Of a stretch of 63,591 bases of DNA, positions 45,070 to 54,267 are shown one piece after another (the first letter of the stretch is position 1; every line of letters starts with the position of its first letter). Below the pieces are notes generated by a model that was not told the DNA's origin, made no database searches, and saw only the letters and a program-made list of their open reading frames with translations. Made by a program: the position numbers and the translations under genes. The DNA is from an uncultured Candidatus Bathyarchaeia archaeon (GTDB lineage Archaea > Thermoproteota > Bathyarchaeia > Bathyarchaeales > Bathyarchaeaceae). The stretch spans positions 1-63,591 of the forward strand of contig CAYGBA010000002.1 in the NCBI GenBank assembly GCA_964347995.1, in the 5' to 3' direction.

Positions 45070-45591
45070 ATGTACGACTTCACTCTTTTAGTTTCGTGTG
45101 CGTGGGGCGCCTACGAAAGAGCAAGAAAAGAAATTCTGCAGATTCTGAGGAAGCTAGATGATCAGGAGCCTTTGGTGAAGCGCACAGCCGCCAGGGGGAT
45201 AATCGGAGTGAGAACCACAGTAGATTCGCGGGAAGTCATCCAACGACTGCGCGAACTCTTTCATAAAGACCCATTTCTAATTCAACACACGCTCAAGTGG
45301 GTGCCGGTGGACCTGTGGACAAGCTCCGCGACGGACTCTATGAGAGAGGGAATTGTAGCGCTCAAAAAGAAAATCCACAGCGGTGAGAGGTGGCGCATGA
45401 CCGTGGAGAGGCGCCGATACACCAGATTCCACAAGATCGAAATAATAAGGGAACTGGCCGATCTGATAGACGAAGAGGTCGATCTGGAAAATCCAGACAA
45501 GATCCTTCACATCGAGATAGTGGGAAAGTACGCTGGATTATCCGTTCTGGCTCCCCAAGACATCTTCTCAGTGGCGAAAACTTATGGCTAG
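45070..45591 (+). CDS. THUMP-domain protein
   Basis: FTLLVSCAWGAYERARKEI..., ...RWRMTVERRRYTRFHKIEIIRELADLI...VDLENPDKILHIEIVG. This matches the small archaeal THUMP pattern. Confidence 0.55.
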   Translation: MYDFTLLVSCAWGAYERARKEILQILRKLDDQEPLVKRTAARGIIGVRTTVDSREVIQRLRELFHKDPFLIQHTLKWVPVDLWTSSATDSMREGIVALKKKIHSGERWRMTVERRRYTRFHKIEIIRELADLIDEEVDLENPDKILHIEIVGKYAGLSVLAPQDIFSVAKTYG

Positions 45592-46733
45592 TGCTTCACC
45601 AAGTCTTCGACAACCGAATTTTCGGCTATCCTCATGTTGGGCCAGATTCTAGCGCCCTTACGAAGCTTCGCAGAGACACCAATTTCACAACCAGCACCGA
45701 CTATGGACATCTCGTCGATCTCAACACGTGGACCCACCTTGCATTTCTCAGCAACAACACAATGATTCAGATATGAGCTCTCGCCTATCTCAGTCTCTTC
45801 ATAAATCAATGAGCCAGTCACTTGTGCCTCCTTCCCAATCATAACATCTGATCCGATTACAGAGTTTGCAGAGATCTTTGAGTTACGCCTGATGACACAG
45901 CCATCTCCAATCACCACTGGACCTGTTATCTCAGCTCCACTCTCTATCTTTGTTCCTTCTCCGATCTCAACTGGTCCTTTAATAGAAGCTTTCCTGATTT
46001 CAGCATTCTCCGCCAACCTGTTGTCCTTTGACCTGCTTAAGACCCATCGAACGGCTTTCATATAGTTCTCAGGAACCCCAATGTCAACCCAGAATGCACT
46101 GGCGAGATACCCGAAAATCTTCTCACCTGAGCTCAGCAGTTTCGGAAAGACGTCCTTGGCGAAATCATGCTCGATGCCACTAGGTATGTAGTCTAGCACC
46201 TCTGGTTCCAGTATATATAGGCCGACACTGGCGAAATCGCTGAAAAACTCCTCTGGACGAGGCTTCTCCTTGAATCTTAGGACTCTGTTGCGTGAGTCTA
46301 ACTGGGCGATCCCGAATTGATGAGGTCTGTCAACTGGGAGCAGGGCTATTGTGGCGACTCCTCCTTTTTCTCTGTGAAAGTTCAGTAAGTGCTTAAATTT
46401 CATTTCTGTGATGTTGTCGCCCTGAATGACCGCAAAGATTTCGTTCAAATATTTCTCACTGTTCTTCACAGAGCCGGCGGTTCCCAAGGGCTTCTCTTCT
46501 TCAGGATAGACAAGCTTGACTCCGAATTCTGAGCCGTTGCCAAAGTAGCCTATGATCTGCTCTCTGAGGTAATTCGTGGTCACTATCACATCATTTAATC
46601 CCTCCCCAGCTGCGGATTTTATTATGTATTCAAGAATCGGCTTCCCAGCCAAGGGTAGCATAGGTTTGGGTCTAGTGTTAGTGAGGGGTCTCAGTCTATT
46701 TCCATAGCCACCTGCGAGTACAACTACTTTCAT
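45588..46733 (-). CDS. sugar-1-phosphate nucleotidyltransferase with C-terminal left-handed beta-helix domain
   Basis: MKVVVLAGGYGNRLRPLTNTRPKPMLPLAGKP signature and C-terminal hexapeptide repeats. The sugar and nucleotide specificity is not assignable. Confidence 0.8.
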   Translation of the reverse strand: MKVVVLAGGYGNRLRPLTNTRPKPMLPLAGKPILEYIIKSAAGEGLNDVIVTTNYLREQIIGYFGNGSEFGVKLVYPEEEKPLGTAGSVKNSEKYLNEIFAVIQGDNITEMKFKHLLNFHREKGGVATIALLPVDRPHQFGIAQLDSRNRVLRFKEKPRPEEFFSDFASVGLYILEPEVLDYIPSGIEHDFAKDVFPKLLSSGEKIFGYLASAFWVDIGVPENYMKAVRWVLSRSKDNRLAENAEIRKASIKGPVEIGEGTKIESGAEITGPVVIGDGCVIRRNSKISANSVIGSDVMIGKEAQVTGSLIYEETEIGESSYLNHCVVAEKCKVGPRVEIDEMSIVGAGCEIGVSAKLRKGARIWPNMRIAENSVVEDLVKH

Positions 46734-46814
46734 GGTCGACCAACGTCAATAATCATGATGATCGAGCGACATAAGAAGACCCGTTATGTGCCGCCACCAA
46801 CTACAGACTTCAGT

Positions 46815-47297
46815 TTATTTATGAAGCATGCGACGAGCTGGCTTCAGCTCGACTCCGCATCTGTCCTCCAAGAAATTCTCAAACTCTCGGAAGACCTGGC
46901 TCTCTGTCATGTTTAACTTCACACAGACAGGTTTGCCTTCATAAGCCCAACCTAGGTCGTATATGGCGATTCTGCTGGAAAGCACGGGATTGTTCAGGAC
47001 TCTCTGTATCAGTTCTTCAGGTGGGGTTTGTGGGAACAACCAAGCCGTGTATGAGACGTCCACAACATGGTAGGAAAGGCCCTGGCGAACAGCGCATTTT
47101 TGATTCAAAGCAACCTTTTCAAATGTCGACGGATGGATTGTTCGAATCCAAAGAAGGTTGTGATAATCATCATTTATCTTAACCCAGTCTTCATGTTCAG
47201 AAATTTCCCAACCTCTCGATTTACATAAATCTTTAAAATTTTTGAGTAGTTCCCAAATCTTCGGAATAGATAAAACACGACTCATAGAACGCACCAA
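46815..47297 (-). CDS. hypothetical protein
   Basis: A 160-aa ORF. No family recognised. Confidence 0.35.
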   Translation of the reverse strand: MVRSMSRVLSIPKIWELLKNFKDLCKSRGWEISEHEDWVKINDDYHNLLWIRTIHPSTFEKVALNQKCAVRQGLSYHVVDVSYTAWLFPQTPPEELIQRVLNNPVLSSRIAIYDLGWAYEGKPVCVKLNMTESQVFREFENFLEDRCGVELKPARRMLHK

Positions 47298-47535
47298 TTA
47301 AGTAGTTATATAGAGGTTTGTTCTATTTCGATTGATTTAAGGTTAATGGACAAAAATGTTGTAAAAATGTGGCAATGGAAAGAGTTTTTTGAAAGAATGT
47401 CGAAAATCTACTTCTGCGTCTACAATTTTCCGAACAAGACTTTTCCATGAAGCTCCAGAGATCCTTTGTATTTTCTCGACAACAAAGCATATAATTGCAG
47501 ATAGTTTACTTACTCATTGGCTCAAGGTCAAGATC

Positions 47536-48030
47536 ATGAAGATAAAAAGTGAAGCGGTGGTCCTTGACGACTTAGACCTGGAGATTCTTCAGGCTCTGGA
47601 GGAGAATTCGAAGCGGACTTATACGGAGATTGGTCGTCTCTTAGGCGTGGCGCACTCGACGGTTTACGACCGCATCAGAAAAATGGAGAAACAGGGCATT
47701 ATCAGAAAGTACAGCGTGATCTTGGATCTGGAGAAGGCCGGAGTTAAGTACATCACTGCCGTAATGACGGTGTTTACAGATCCTAAGGAAAGCGAAAACG
47801 TCGCAAAGAGACTATCAGGGTTAGAACAGGTTCTGGAGGTTTCGACATCGCTCTCTGAGGAACTGCTGATAATAGCAAAGGTGGTCGCTGAAGACCAGGA
47901 GAAGCTTCACTCGTTCATCGCTCATTCGGTTGCACCGCTTCCAAGCGTGTTGAGAATCCGAACTTCAATCGTGACCAGAAAGTACAAAGAAGAATGTGCA
48001 AACAGTTTTCTTCAGTCGAGAGGGAGTTAG
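47536..48030 (+). CDS. Lrp/AsnC-family transcriptional regulator
   Basis: From ATG 47536: LDLEILQALEENSKRTYTEIGRLLGVAHSTVYDRIRKMEKQGIIRKY plus a RAM-type C-terminal domain. The track start at 47389 adds an implausible leader. Confidence 0.8.
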   Translation: MKIKSEAVVLDDLDLEILQALEENSKRTYTEIGRLLGVAHSTVYDRIRKMEKQGIIRKYSVILDLEKAGVKYITAVMTVFTDPKESENVAKRLSGLEQVLEVSTSLSEELLIIAKVVAEDQEKLHSFIAHSVAPLPSVLRIRTSIVTRKYKEECANSFLQSRGS

Positions 48031-48107
48031 AGTTGATCGAGATGAAGAGATTTCGAAGATTATTTATGAATGAAGTTGACATCACTAAGATGTGGGGCCA
48101 CTAGGTT

Positions 48108-48452
48108 ATGTTGACTTCGCCCGCCGCTAGAATTCTCAGGAAACTGCCAAGGGAGAATGCGTTCTACTTCTTCACGTCTATTGGGAACTACATTGGCGAG
48201 AAGGCGGCGTCTCTGGAGGAATTTGTGGAGAGAGTCCGAGAGGTTAATGTCAAATCGTTAGAGTTTCACCTCTATCGGGGGGATTTTGAGAGGTGGACGG
48301 ACCAAACCCTCGAAGATCGGGAGTTGGCTGAGAGGATTAGAAGCTTGAAAAGTCTAAGTCCATTAGGGGATTCCTTGCGAGATCAGCTTCTTCTGATTGT
48401 TTCGAAGCGATATCAACGGTTGAAAGGCCAGTCTGCAGCTGAGTCTATGTGA
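48108..48452 (+). CDS. hypothetical protein
   Basis: 114 aa, ENAFYFFTSIGNYIGEKAASLEEFVERVREV...EFHLYRGDFERW. It faintly resembles a conserved archaeal DUF, but I cannot name it reliably. Confidence 0.4.
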   Translation: MLTSPAARILRKLPRENAFYFFTSIGNYIGEKAASLEEFVERVREVNVKSLEFHLYRGDFERWTDQTLEDRELAERIRSLKSLSPLGDSLRDQLLLIVSKRYQRLKGQSAAESM

Positions 48453-48539
48453 TTCTGAAGAAGCGATGTTAGGGTCTGCGGGGCCTGTGTGTGCAAAATT
48501 GGTAACTTTTGGTAACTTTTAATTGTTTCTGGTTGTTTT

Positions 48540-48722
48540 TTGTGGGTGGTGGTTGTGGTGGAGGAGTTTGTGGCGCGGGTGTTCAGCGGGGGGAAGGTGA
48601 CCGTTCCGAAGCGTTTGCGGGAGGTGTTGGCGGTGGCGGATGGGGATTATGTTCGGTTGGCGGTGGTGGAGGTTATGAAACAGGAAGGTAGGAGGTGGGT
48701 GCGGAAACGGGTGCAGTCCTGA
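48540..48722 (+). CDS. AbrB/SpoVT (MazE-like) swapped-hairpin DNA-binding protein
   Basis: GGKVTVPKRLREVLAVADGDYVRLAVV is a typical SpoVT-AbrB core. The real start is probably one of the GTGs at 48546-48558. Confidence 0.6.
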   Translation: MWVVVVVEEFVARVFSGGKVTVPKRLREVLAVADGDYVRLAVVEVMKQEGRRWVRKRVQS

Positions 48723-48844
48723 GGCGTCTGCGTTAGACATGGTTTTTTTGGTTTGATTTTTTAGTTCTTTGTTGCAAATTTGTTTATTTGGTGGTTTTGC
48801 GCCTTTCTAGGTGAGTTTTGCGGATGGCGAGGTGAGGCTGGGGG

Positions 48845-49423
48845 TTGAGCGCGTTGAAGCATGGGTTCTTCCGGAGGGGGTTCATGCTCTGTGATCGGTG
48901 TGTGTTGAATACGCGGTGCGAACGTTTTGAGCCTGGTGGGGCTTGTGGGGTGGAGCGGGAGGCGTATGATGGGCTCGTTTCGCAGCTGATGAGCCAGTAC
49001 GAGCTAGAGGGTCTTGCGGATGAGATTTTGGCGGGTCGGGTTGCGATGTATCTGATTCGGATTGCCCGCGCGGAGGCTTATGAGTCGGCGATCGGCGTCA
49101 CAGACAAGCTGGTCTTGTGGGGGCGGTACATCCGTGGGTTGGATAATACGCTGCGGGGGGTGATGCGGGATTTGGCGGTGACCAGGGCGAAGCGGAAGCA
49201 GCTGGAGAAGGGCGAGGAGTTGATGGTCAGTCTGGATGAGCTGCTCAGGAAGTCTGTGCGGAAGTCGGAGCCTAGGAAGCGGGCATCCTTCCGGGGGCAG
49301 AAACAACGCGCAAGTCGCGCGTCTATGAGCGTGGTGTGGACCGATTGGAGGAGGGAAAGTCAAATGCTTCGGCGAGGTAGTGTGACGGTGGACATGGAGG
49401 ATGAGGCGGAAGAAGATTCCTAG
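48845..49423 (+). CDS. hypothetical protein with N-terminal Cys cluster (GC-rich island)
   Basis: CDRCVLNTRCERFEPGGACGVE is followed by a helical, Arg-rich region. No family recognised. Confidence 0.4.
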   Translation: MSALKHGFFRRGFMLCDRCVLNTRCERFEPGGACGVEREAYDGLVSQLMSQYELEGLADEILAGRVAMYLIRIARAEAYESAIGVTDKLVLWGRYIRGLDNTLRGVMRDLAVTRAKRKQLEKGEELMVSLDELLRKSVRKSEPRKRASFRGQKQRASRASMSVVWTDWRRESQMLRRGSVTVDMEDEAEEDS

Positions 49424-50042
49424 GAAAGCTGTGGAGCGGTTGATGAAGCATTGCGAATGGCTGAGTAAAGGGTCGGAGCGGACGGCTGCTGAGATTTTCG
49501 AGGAGTATTTGGGGTTGATGCGGAAGCATGCGGAATATTTTTTCCGTGACCCTTGGCCAAAGCAGTATGATTTCGAAGCGGCCACCACATTCGCGGATGC
49601 AGACCTTGAATTTCTGAGCGATGGGACGGAGGGGGAATACGCCGAGAGGTTTAGAACTCTGTTGCTGAAGAAGAACATCAATTTGGAGCATGGTTTCATG
49701 CAGCTCATTGGGCCCTTCTGGACTTGGCAGGCGTTTCATGACGAGTTTATCCGTCCCACCTACGTGCCAGTGCAGGAGGTCTTTGATGCGCTGAGTGAAG
49801 GCGATCACGACGCTAGGAGCGTTCTGGATAAGTTAAAGGAGACGTTTAGTATTTGGTTGATTCACGACGGACTGGTTGACTTGGCGGAGCACAGGTATCT
49901 TGAGAAGAGTGTAGCTCGCTTGCTTGCAGGTTTGCTTGAGCTGTTGCATGCGGATGAGGGGTTGCCGGCGTGCCACAACTATGGGTGCGAGTCAAAGCGA
50001 AAAAGGCTACATAACAAAAGCGATTCCGACAAGAACTTTTGA
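49401..50042 (+). CDS. hypothetical protein (GC-rich island)
   Basis: 213 aa, overlapping the previous gene by 23 nt. No family recognised. Confidence 0.4.
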   Translation: MRRKKIPRKAVERLMKHCEWLSKGSERTAAEIFEEYLGLMRKHAEYFFRDPWPKQYDFEAATTFADADLEFLSDGTEGEYAERFRTLLLKKNINLEHGFMQLIGPFWTWQAFHDEFIRPTYVPVQEVFDALSEGDHDARSVLDKLKETFSIWLIHDGLVDLAEHRYLEKSVARLLAGLLELLHADEGLPACHNYGCESKRKRLHNKSDSDKNF

Positions 50043-50070
50043 AGAAGCGCTTCCACGTGAATCTGGTTTG

Positions 50071-50946
50071 TTATTTCAGGGTGTCTTTGATGCCTTTCGT
50101 CAGGTTCCATTTGGGTTCGAAGTTTAGCAGTGTTTGGGCCTTAGAGATATCGTAGACGAAGACGGAGAAGTCGAAGATGCGGGCTGGTTTGATTTCCATA
50201 GTGAGGCTGGTTTGCATGGCGTCGATGCAGAGTTCGCAGACGTCTTTGATGCTGGTGGCTCGGCCGGAGCCGATGTTGTAGGCTTGGCGGGTGTGTTCGG
50301 TTTCGAGGGCGAGAAGGTTTGCGTGTACGACGTCTTTGATGTAGATGAAGTCGTTGGTTTGTCTTCCGCCGAAGACTGTGGGTCTTTTGCCTTCTTTGAT
50401 GCGTTTGATGAAGGCGCCGACGGCGCCCCAGTCTTTGCCTTTTCCGTAGATGTAGCCGTAGCGCAGAATCACGTATGGCAGGCTTTCGCCGTAGAGGAAG
50501 ATCCAGTCTTCCCCCTGTTTCTTCGTTAGGCCGTAGACGCTTTGGGGCTCTCTGTTGGCGTCTTCGCGGATAGGAATAGGAGCGTCATGGCTGTAGACAG
50601 AGCCGGTGGAGCTGTAGACGAGTCTTTCAGCTTTTTTCTCGATGCATGCTTTGATGATGTTGATTGTCCCTTCGACGTTCACTCTGGTGGCGTTTTGAGG
50701 GTTTCTTGTTGCGTCGCCGAATCGGGCGATGGCGGCTAGGTGTAGCACTTTGTCGCCTTTCTGAAGGATTTCTTTGAAGTCTTTGTCCAGTATGTTTCTG
50801 GTGGTTATTATGCAGTGTTTGTCTCCTGTGAATTGGGCTTTCAGTTTGGAGTCTTTGAGGTCTGTAGCCAGCACATCGTAGCCGGCGTCGAGCAGCCCTC
50901 TCACGGTATGTAAGCCCACGAAGCCGTTTGCACCCGTTACGACCAC
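50071..50946 (-). CDS. NAD-dependent nucleotide-sugar epimerase/dehydratase (SDR)
   Basis: VVTGANGFVG Rossmann motif and the YGLTK (YxxxK) catalytic motif. Confidence 0.8.
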   Translation of the reverse strand: MVVTGANGFVGLHTVRGLLDAGYDVLATDLKDSKLKAQFTGDKHCIITTRNILDKDFKEILQKGDKVLHLAAIARFGDATRNPQNATRVNVEGTINIIKACIEKKAERLVYSSTGSVYSHDAPIPIREDANREPQSVYGLTKKQGEDWIFLYGESLPYVILRYGYIYGKGKDWGAVGAFIKRIKEGKRPTVFGGRQTNDFIYIKDVVHANLLALETEHTRQAYNIGSGRATSIKDVCELCIDAMQTSLTMEIKPARIFDFSVFVYDISKAQTLLNFEPKWNLTKGIKDTLK

Positions 50947-51061
50947 TCTTGCTGAGTCCAGTTTCGACAGCGTCCTTTCATCTATTTTTGAGGAATTATG
51001 GAGATACTATTGCTTGGATATAATAGGTTTGGGTCGCTTCTTTGTTGAAGACACTTGGGAC

Positions 51062-52447
51062 CTACGTGGGCATGCCGATGCCTACGCCGCGGTAGGAGAA
51101 GCCGGCTTCCTTGCAGTCTCTCGGATTGAAAACGTTTCTGCCGTCGACTATTACGAGTGTGGCGAGGAGTTCTTTGAGGCGGTCTAATGCGATGTTGAAA
51201 TAGTCTGTGTGCGGGGTTACGATGACTACGCAGTTCTTGTTTTTGAGGGCGTCTTCTAGGTGCTCTGTGAGGGCTATGCCTTCAAACTCTTTGACGTACG
51301 GATCGTGTACCACGATTTCTTTGCAAAGGTCTTTGAGGAGGTTGTAGAGGGGCATTGTCGGCGTGTTCCTTGTGTCGTTGGAGTCTCTGGTGAAGGCGAG
51401 GCCGAGGATGCACACTTTGGCGTCCTGTAGCTTCAGGTCTTTTTCAGCTAGTGCTTCTGTTATCAGATCTCTCATGTGTTGGGGCATGAAATCGTTCATC
51501 CTCCGGCTCTCGACGAGAATCTTGGGGGCGAACGCGAAGGTGCCGTAGGCGTCTAGGCTGTGTTTCAGTAGCCATGGGTCTTTGGGGATGCAGTGGCCGC
51601 CGACGCCTGCTCCGGGGATGTGCAGCATTCTGTAGGGGTTTTTCGAGGGGTTGGAGGGGTCGTTGGGTAGGGAGTTTACGAAGCGTCTGACGTCGTGGAC
51701 GTTGACGCCGAGGCTCTCGCATATTAGGGCGATTTCGTTTGCGAAGGCGATGTTGACGTCGCGGTAGGTGTTTTCGGTGACCTTGGCTACTTCTGCGGTG
51801 AGACAGTCTGATGGGAACAGCTCTGCCTTGATGATGTTCTTGTAGAAATCGATGCCGCGTTGGGTGCCTTCCGGGGTCAGTCCTCCCACGATCCTCGGCA
51901 TGTATTCTAGGTTGTGGAGTAGGCGGCCTACTGTGACACGTTCGTACGAGTACACAAGGTTGAAGTCTTCGCCTGCCTTCATTCCAGAGGCTTCTTCCAA
52001 CATCGGTTTTACGATGTAGTTAGTGGTTCCAGGAGCTACTGTAGATTCTAGAATGACCATTGCTCCCTTTTTCATGTGTCTTCCAACGGCTTTGGAAACT
52101 TCTTTCAGTGAGTCGTATCGCGGCACACGGTCCTCATCAACTGGCGTCTGAACATCAATAAGAATTACATCAGCTTTCTCACAGACAGAGATGTCGTCGG
52201 TGACTCTGAAGCTGCCTTTCCTCACCACCTTTTCAATGAGCTCTGGCAGGCCTGGTTCGTCGCCTCTGATGGGGCATTTGCCTGCGTTGAGATAATCGAT
52301 CTTCCACCCTGACCTTTTGGATCTTCGCTGGACGCCGATGACGTTGAAGCCGTTTACATCGGCTAACATGGCAGCTGCTGGAATGCCCGTGTATCCCATT
52401 CCAATTACTACGATCTCCAAGATAGTCACACCTTCATACGTAACCAA
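51062..52447 (-). CDS. wecC: nucleotide-sugar 6-dehydrogenase (UDP-ManNAc / UDP-GlcNAc dehydrogenase type)
   Basis: VVIGMGYTGIPAAAMLA, the catalytic region GGHCIPKDP, and a C-terminal UDP-binding domain. WecC versus WbpA-type cannot be separated by eye. Confidence 0.75.
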   Translation of the reverse strand: MVTYEGVTILEIVVIGMGYTGIPAAAMLADVNGFNVIGVQRRSKRSGWKIDYLNAGKCPIRGDEPGLPELIEKVVRKGSFRVTDDISVCEKADVILIDVQTPVDEDRVPRYDSLKEVSKAVGRHMKKGAMVILESTVAPGTTNYIVKPMLEEASGMKAGEDFNLVYSYERVTVGRLLHNLEYMPRIVGGLTPEGTQRGIDFYKNIIKAELFPSDCLTAEVAKVTENTYRDVNIAFANEIALICESLGVNVHDVRRFVNSLPNDPSNPSKNPYRMLHIPGAGVGGHCIPKDPWLLKHSLDAYGTFAFAPKILVESRRMNDFMPQHMRDLITEALAEKDLKLQDAKVCILGLAFTRDSNDTRNTPTMPLYNLLKDLCKEIVVHDPYVKEFEGIALTEHLEDALKNKNCVVIVTPHTDYFNIALDRLKELLATLVIVDGRNVFNPRDCKEAGFSYRGVGIGMPT

Positions 52448-52472
52448 ATCTAGTAAGATAAGGATGAAGTTA

Positions 52473-53582
52473 TCAAGAAAACGATTGAGTTTGTAGTTTT
52501 GCTGTAATATATTGGATATCTTTTTCGTTGACCGACGGGTGGACCGGTAGACTAAGAACTCGCCTGCATGATTCCTCAGTCACTGGACAAATCTTTTTGT
52601 CATAACCTAGCTTGCGGTACGCAGATTGTTTATAAATTGGCATGGGGTAGTGGACAGCTGTGCCGATGCCCATTTCCTTCAAATGATCAGCGAGCTTGTT
52701 TCTCTCCAGTGGATAGTCGTCCTCTACCTTGACCACATACTGGTAGAAGACATGTTTAGCGTATTCCTCTACATAAGGAGGGGTCAGACCGTGGAGATTC
52801 TCTATTCCTTCATCTAGCTTCTCTGCGTTCTTCATTCTTTTCTCGTTACGTTCTTCAAGTTTGCCGAGTTGCACGAGTCCAATAGCGGCGGACAGCTCTG
52901 TCATGCGGTAGTTATATCCGATTATGGTGTGGTGGTATTTTTCGGTTTGACCGTGGTGTCGGAGTAGACGGATTCTTTTGGTCACTTCGCTGTTGTTTGT
53001 GGTGATCATTCCTCCTTCGCCGGTTGTCATGTTTTTTGTGGCGTAGAAGCTGAAGCATCCAATGTCTCCTAGACTGCCGGTTTTTTGCTCTTTGTATTCG
53101 GCTCCGTGTGATTGGGCGGCGTCCTCTATCACGTAGATTTCATGATCTTGGGCAATCTCTTTCAGCTCATCCATTTTTGCTGGTTGTCCGAACAGGTGTA
53201 CGGGTATTATTGCTTTCGTTTTTCCAGTGACCTTTTCATTCACATCTGCAGGGTCTATGTTGAAGGTTTTTTGGTCGATGTCTGCGAATACAGGTTTTGC
53301 GCCGTGGAATAGCACGCAGTTGCTGGTGGCTATGAAGGAGAAGGCTGGAACTATCACTTCGTCGCCGAGATCTAGCTTGAGGGCTTTTAGGGCGAGGTCG
53401 AGGGCGATGGTTCCGTTTGTGACGGCTACGGCGTGTTCTACACCGATGTAGTCTGCAAACGCCTCTTCGAACGCTTTGATCTGCTTTCCTTGAACCAGCA
53501 TGCCGGATCGGAGGACCCCTCTTATGGCGTCCTCTTCTTCTCTTCCTAGGAGTGGTTTTGCGATCGGTATTTGTCGCTTCAT
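52473..53582 (-). CDS. DegT/DnrJ/EryC1-family PLP-dependent sugar aminotransferase
   Basis: From ATG 53582: MKRQIPIAKPLLGREEEDAI...VTNGTIALDLAL...SFYATKNMTTGEGGM (PLP lysine region). Confidence 0.85.
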   Translation of the reverse strand: MKRQIPIAKPLLGREEEDAIRGVLRSGMLVQGKQIKAFEEAFADYIGVEHAVAVTNGTIALDLALKALKLDLGDEVIVPAFSFIATSNCVLFHGAKPVFADIDQKTFNIDPADVNEKVTGKTKAIIPVHLFGQPAKMDELKEIAQDHEIYVIEDAAQSHGAEYKEQKTGSLGDIGCFSFYATKNMTTGEGGMITTNNSEVTKRIRLLRHHGQTEKYHHTIIGYNYRMTELSAAIGLVQLGKLEERNEKRMKNAEKLDEGIENLHGLTPPYVEEYAKHVFYQYVVKVEDDYPLERNKLADHLKEMGIGTAVHYPMPIYKQSAYRKLGYDKKICPVTEESCRRVLSLPVHPSVNEKDIQYITAKLQTQSFS

Positions 53583-53589
53583 ATTAAAA

Positions 53590-54216
53590 TTACCGTTCAT
53601 CCTGCAATTTTGCATACTCTTCTTTCGGTATCTCGTATTTCTCGTCACAAATGGGACAGACCATCAAAACATCTTTCTGATGCTCTTCTTCTTTTGTGAG
53701 TCTTCTGCCGCATTTGCAGACAAACCCTCTGATTTTGGCTGGGTTTCCATAGGTGAGAGCATGCGGTGCGATGCCTTTTGTCACTATGCTGCCGGCGCCT
53801 ATCATAGCATATTCCCCGATTGTTAGGCCGCAGATTACGACTGTGCCGGCTCCTATGGATGCGCCTTTTTTCACCAAGGTTGGCACGATTTTCCAGTCGG
53901 TGCTGTGACTCCTTGGGTAGAGATCGTTTGTGAAGGTGACGTGGGGGCCTACAAAGACGTCGTCCTCGATCTTCACTCCTTGATAGAGGGTTGCTCTGTT
54001 CTCGAGTTTTACACGGTTTCCGATCTTGACGCCTTTTCCTACGTAGACAGAGTATCCAAGCACGCATTCTCTGCCTATCTCTGCGTCTTCCCTTACGTGG
54101 ACAAAGTGCCAGACCTTTGTGCCGTCTCCGATTCTCGCCGTCTGTTCAACGATCGCCGTTGGATGAACGTAAGCCTTATTCACAGAGGAACCTCCATCTA
54201 ATTGAAAGCTTGACAC
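53590..54216 (-). CDS. hexapeptide-repeat sugar N-acetyltransferase (WbpD/WlbB-like) with C-terminal zinc ribbon
   Basis: VHPTAIVEQTARIGDGTKVWHFVHVRED...VFVGPHVTFTNDLYPRS, then CKCGRRL...CPICDEKY. Confidence 0.75.
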   Translation of the reverse strand: MSSFQLDGGSSVNKAYVHPTAIVEQTARIGDGTKVWHFVHVREDAEIGRECVLGYSVYVGKGVKIGNRVKLENRATLYQGVKIEDDVFVGPHVTFTNDLYPRSHSTDWKIVPTLVKKGASIGAGTVVICGLTIGEYAMIGAGSIVTKGIAPHALTYGNPAKIRGFVCKCGRRLTKEEEHQKDVLMVCPICDEKYEIPKEEYAKLQDER

Positions 54217-54267
54217 ATAAATAACGCTTTAGCGTTTTAGAAGGATGCGGAGAGAGGTGCACAAAAC

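Noticed and set aside
46750-46812. Candidate C/D-box sRNA in the intergenic spacer (ATGATGA at about 46754)
   Set aside because: A C-box-like RUGAUGA is present, but there is no CUGA D box at the expected 3' position and no convincing C'/D' pair on either strand.
49004-49808. 234-aa and 161-aa minus-strand ORFs in the GC-rich island
   Set aside because: They are antisense to the plus-strand genes. Their Pro/Arg/His-rich translations are typical of spurious long ORFs in GC-rich DNA. The plus-strand set has overlapping, operon-like organisation.
50134-50739. Plus-strand ORFs of 131 aa and 65 aa
   Set aside because: They are antisense to the SDR epimerase gene, which has clear GxxGxxG and YxxxK motifs. 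The translations are Gly/Val/Asp-rich junk.
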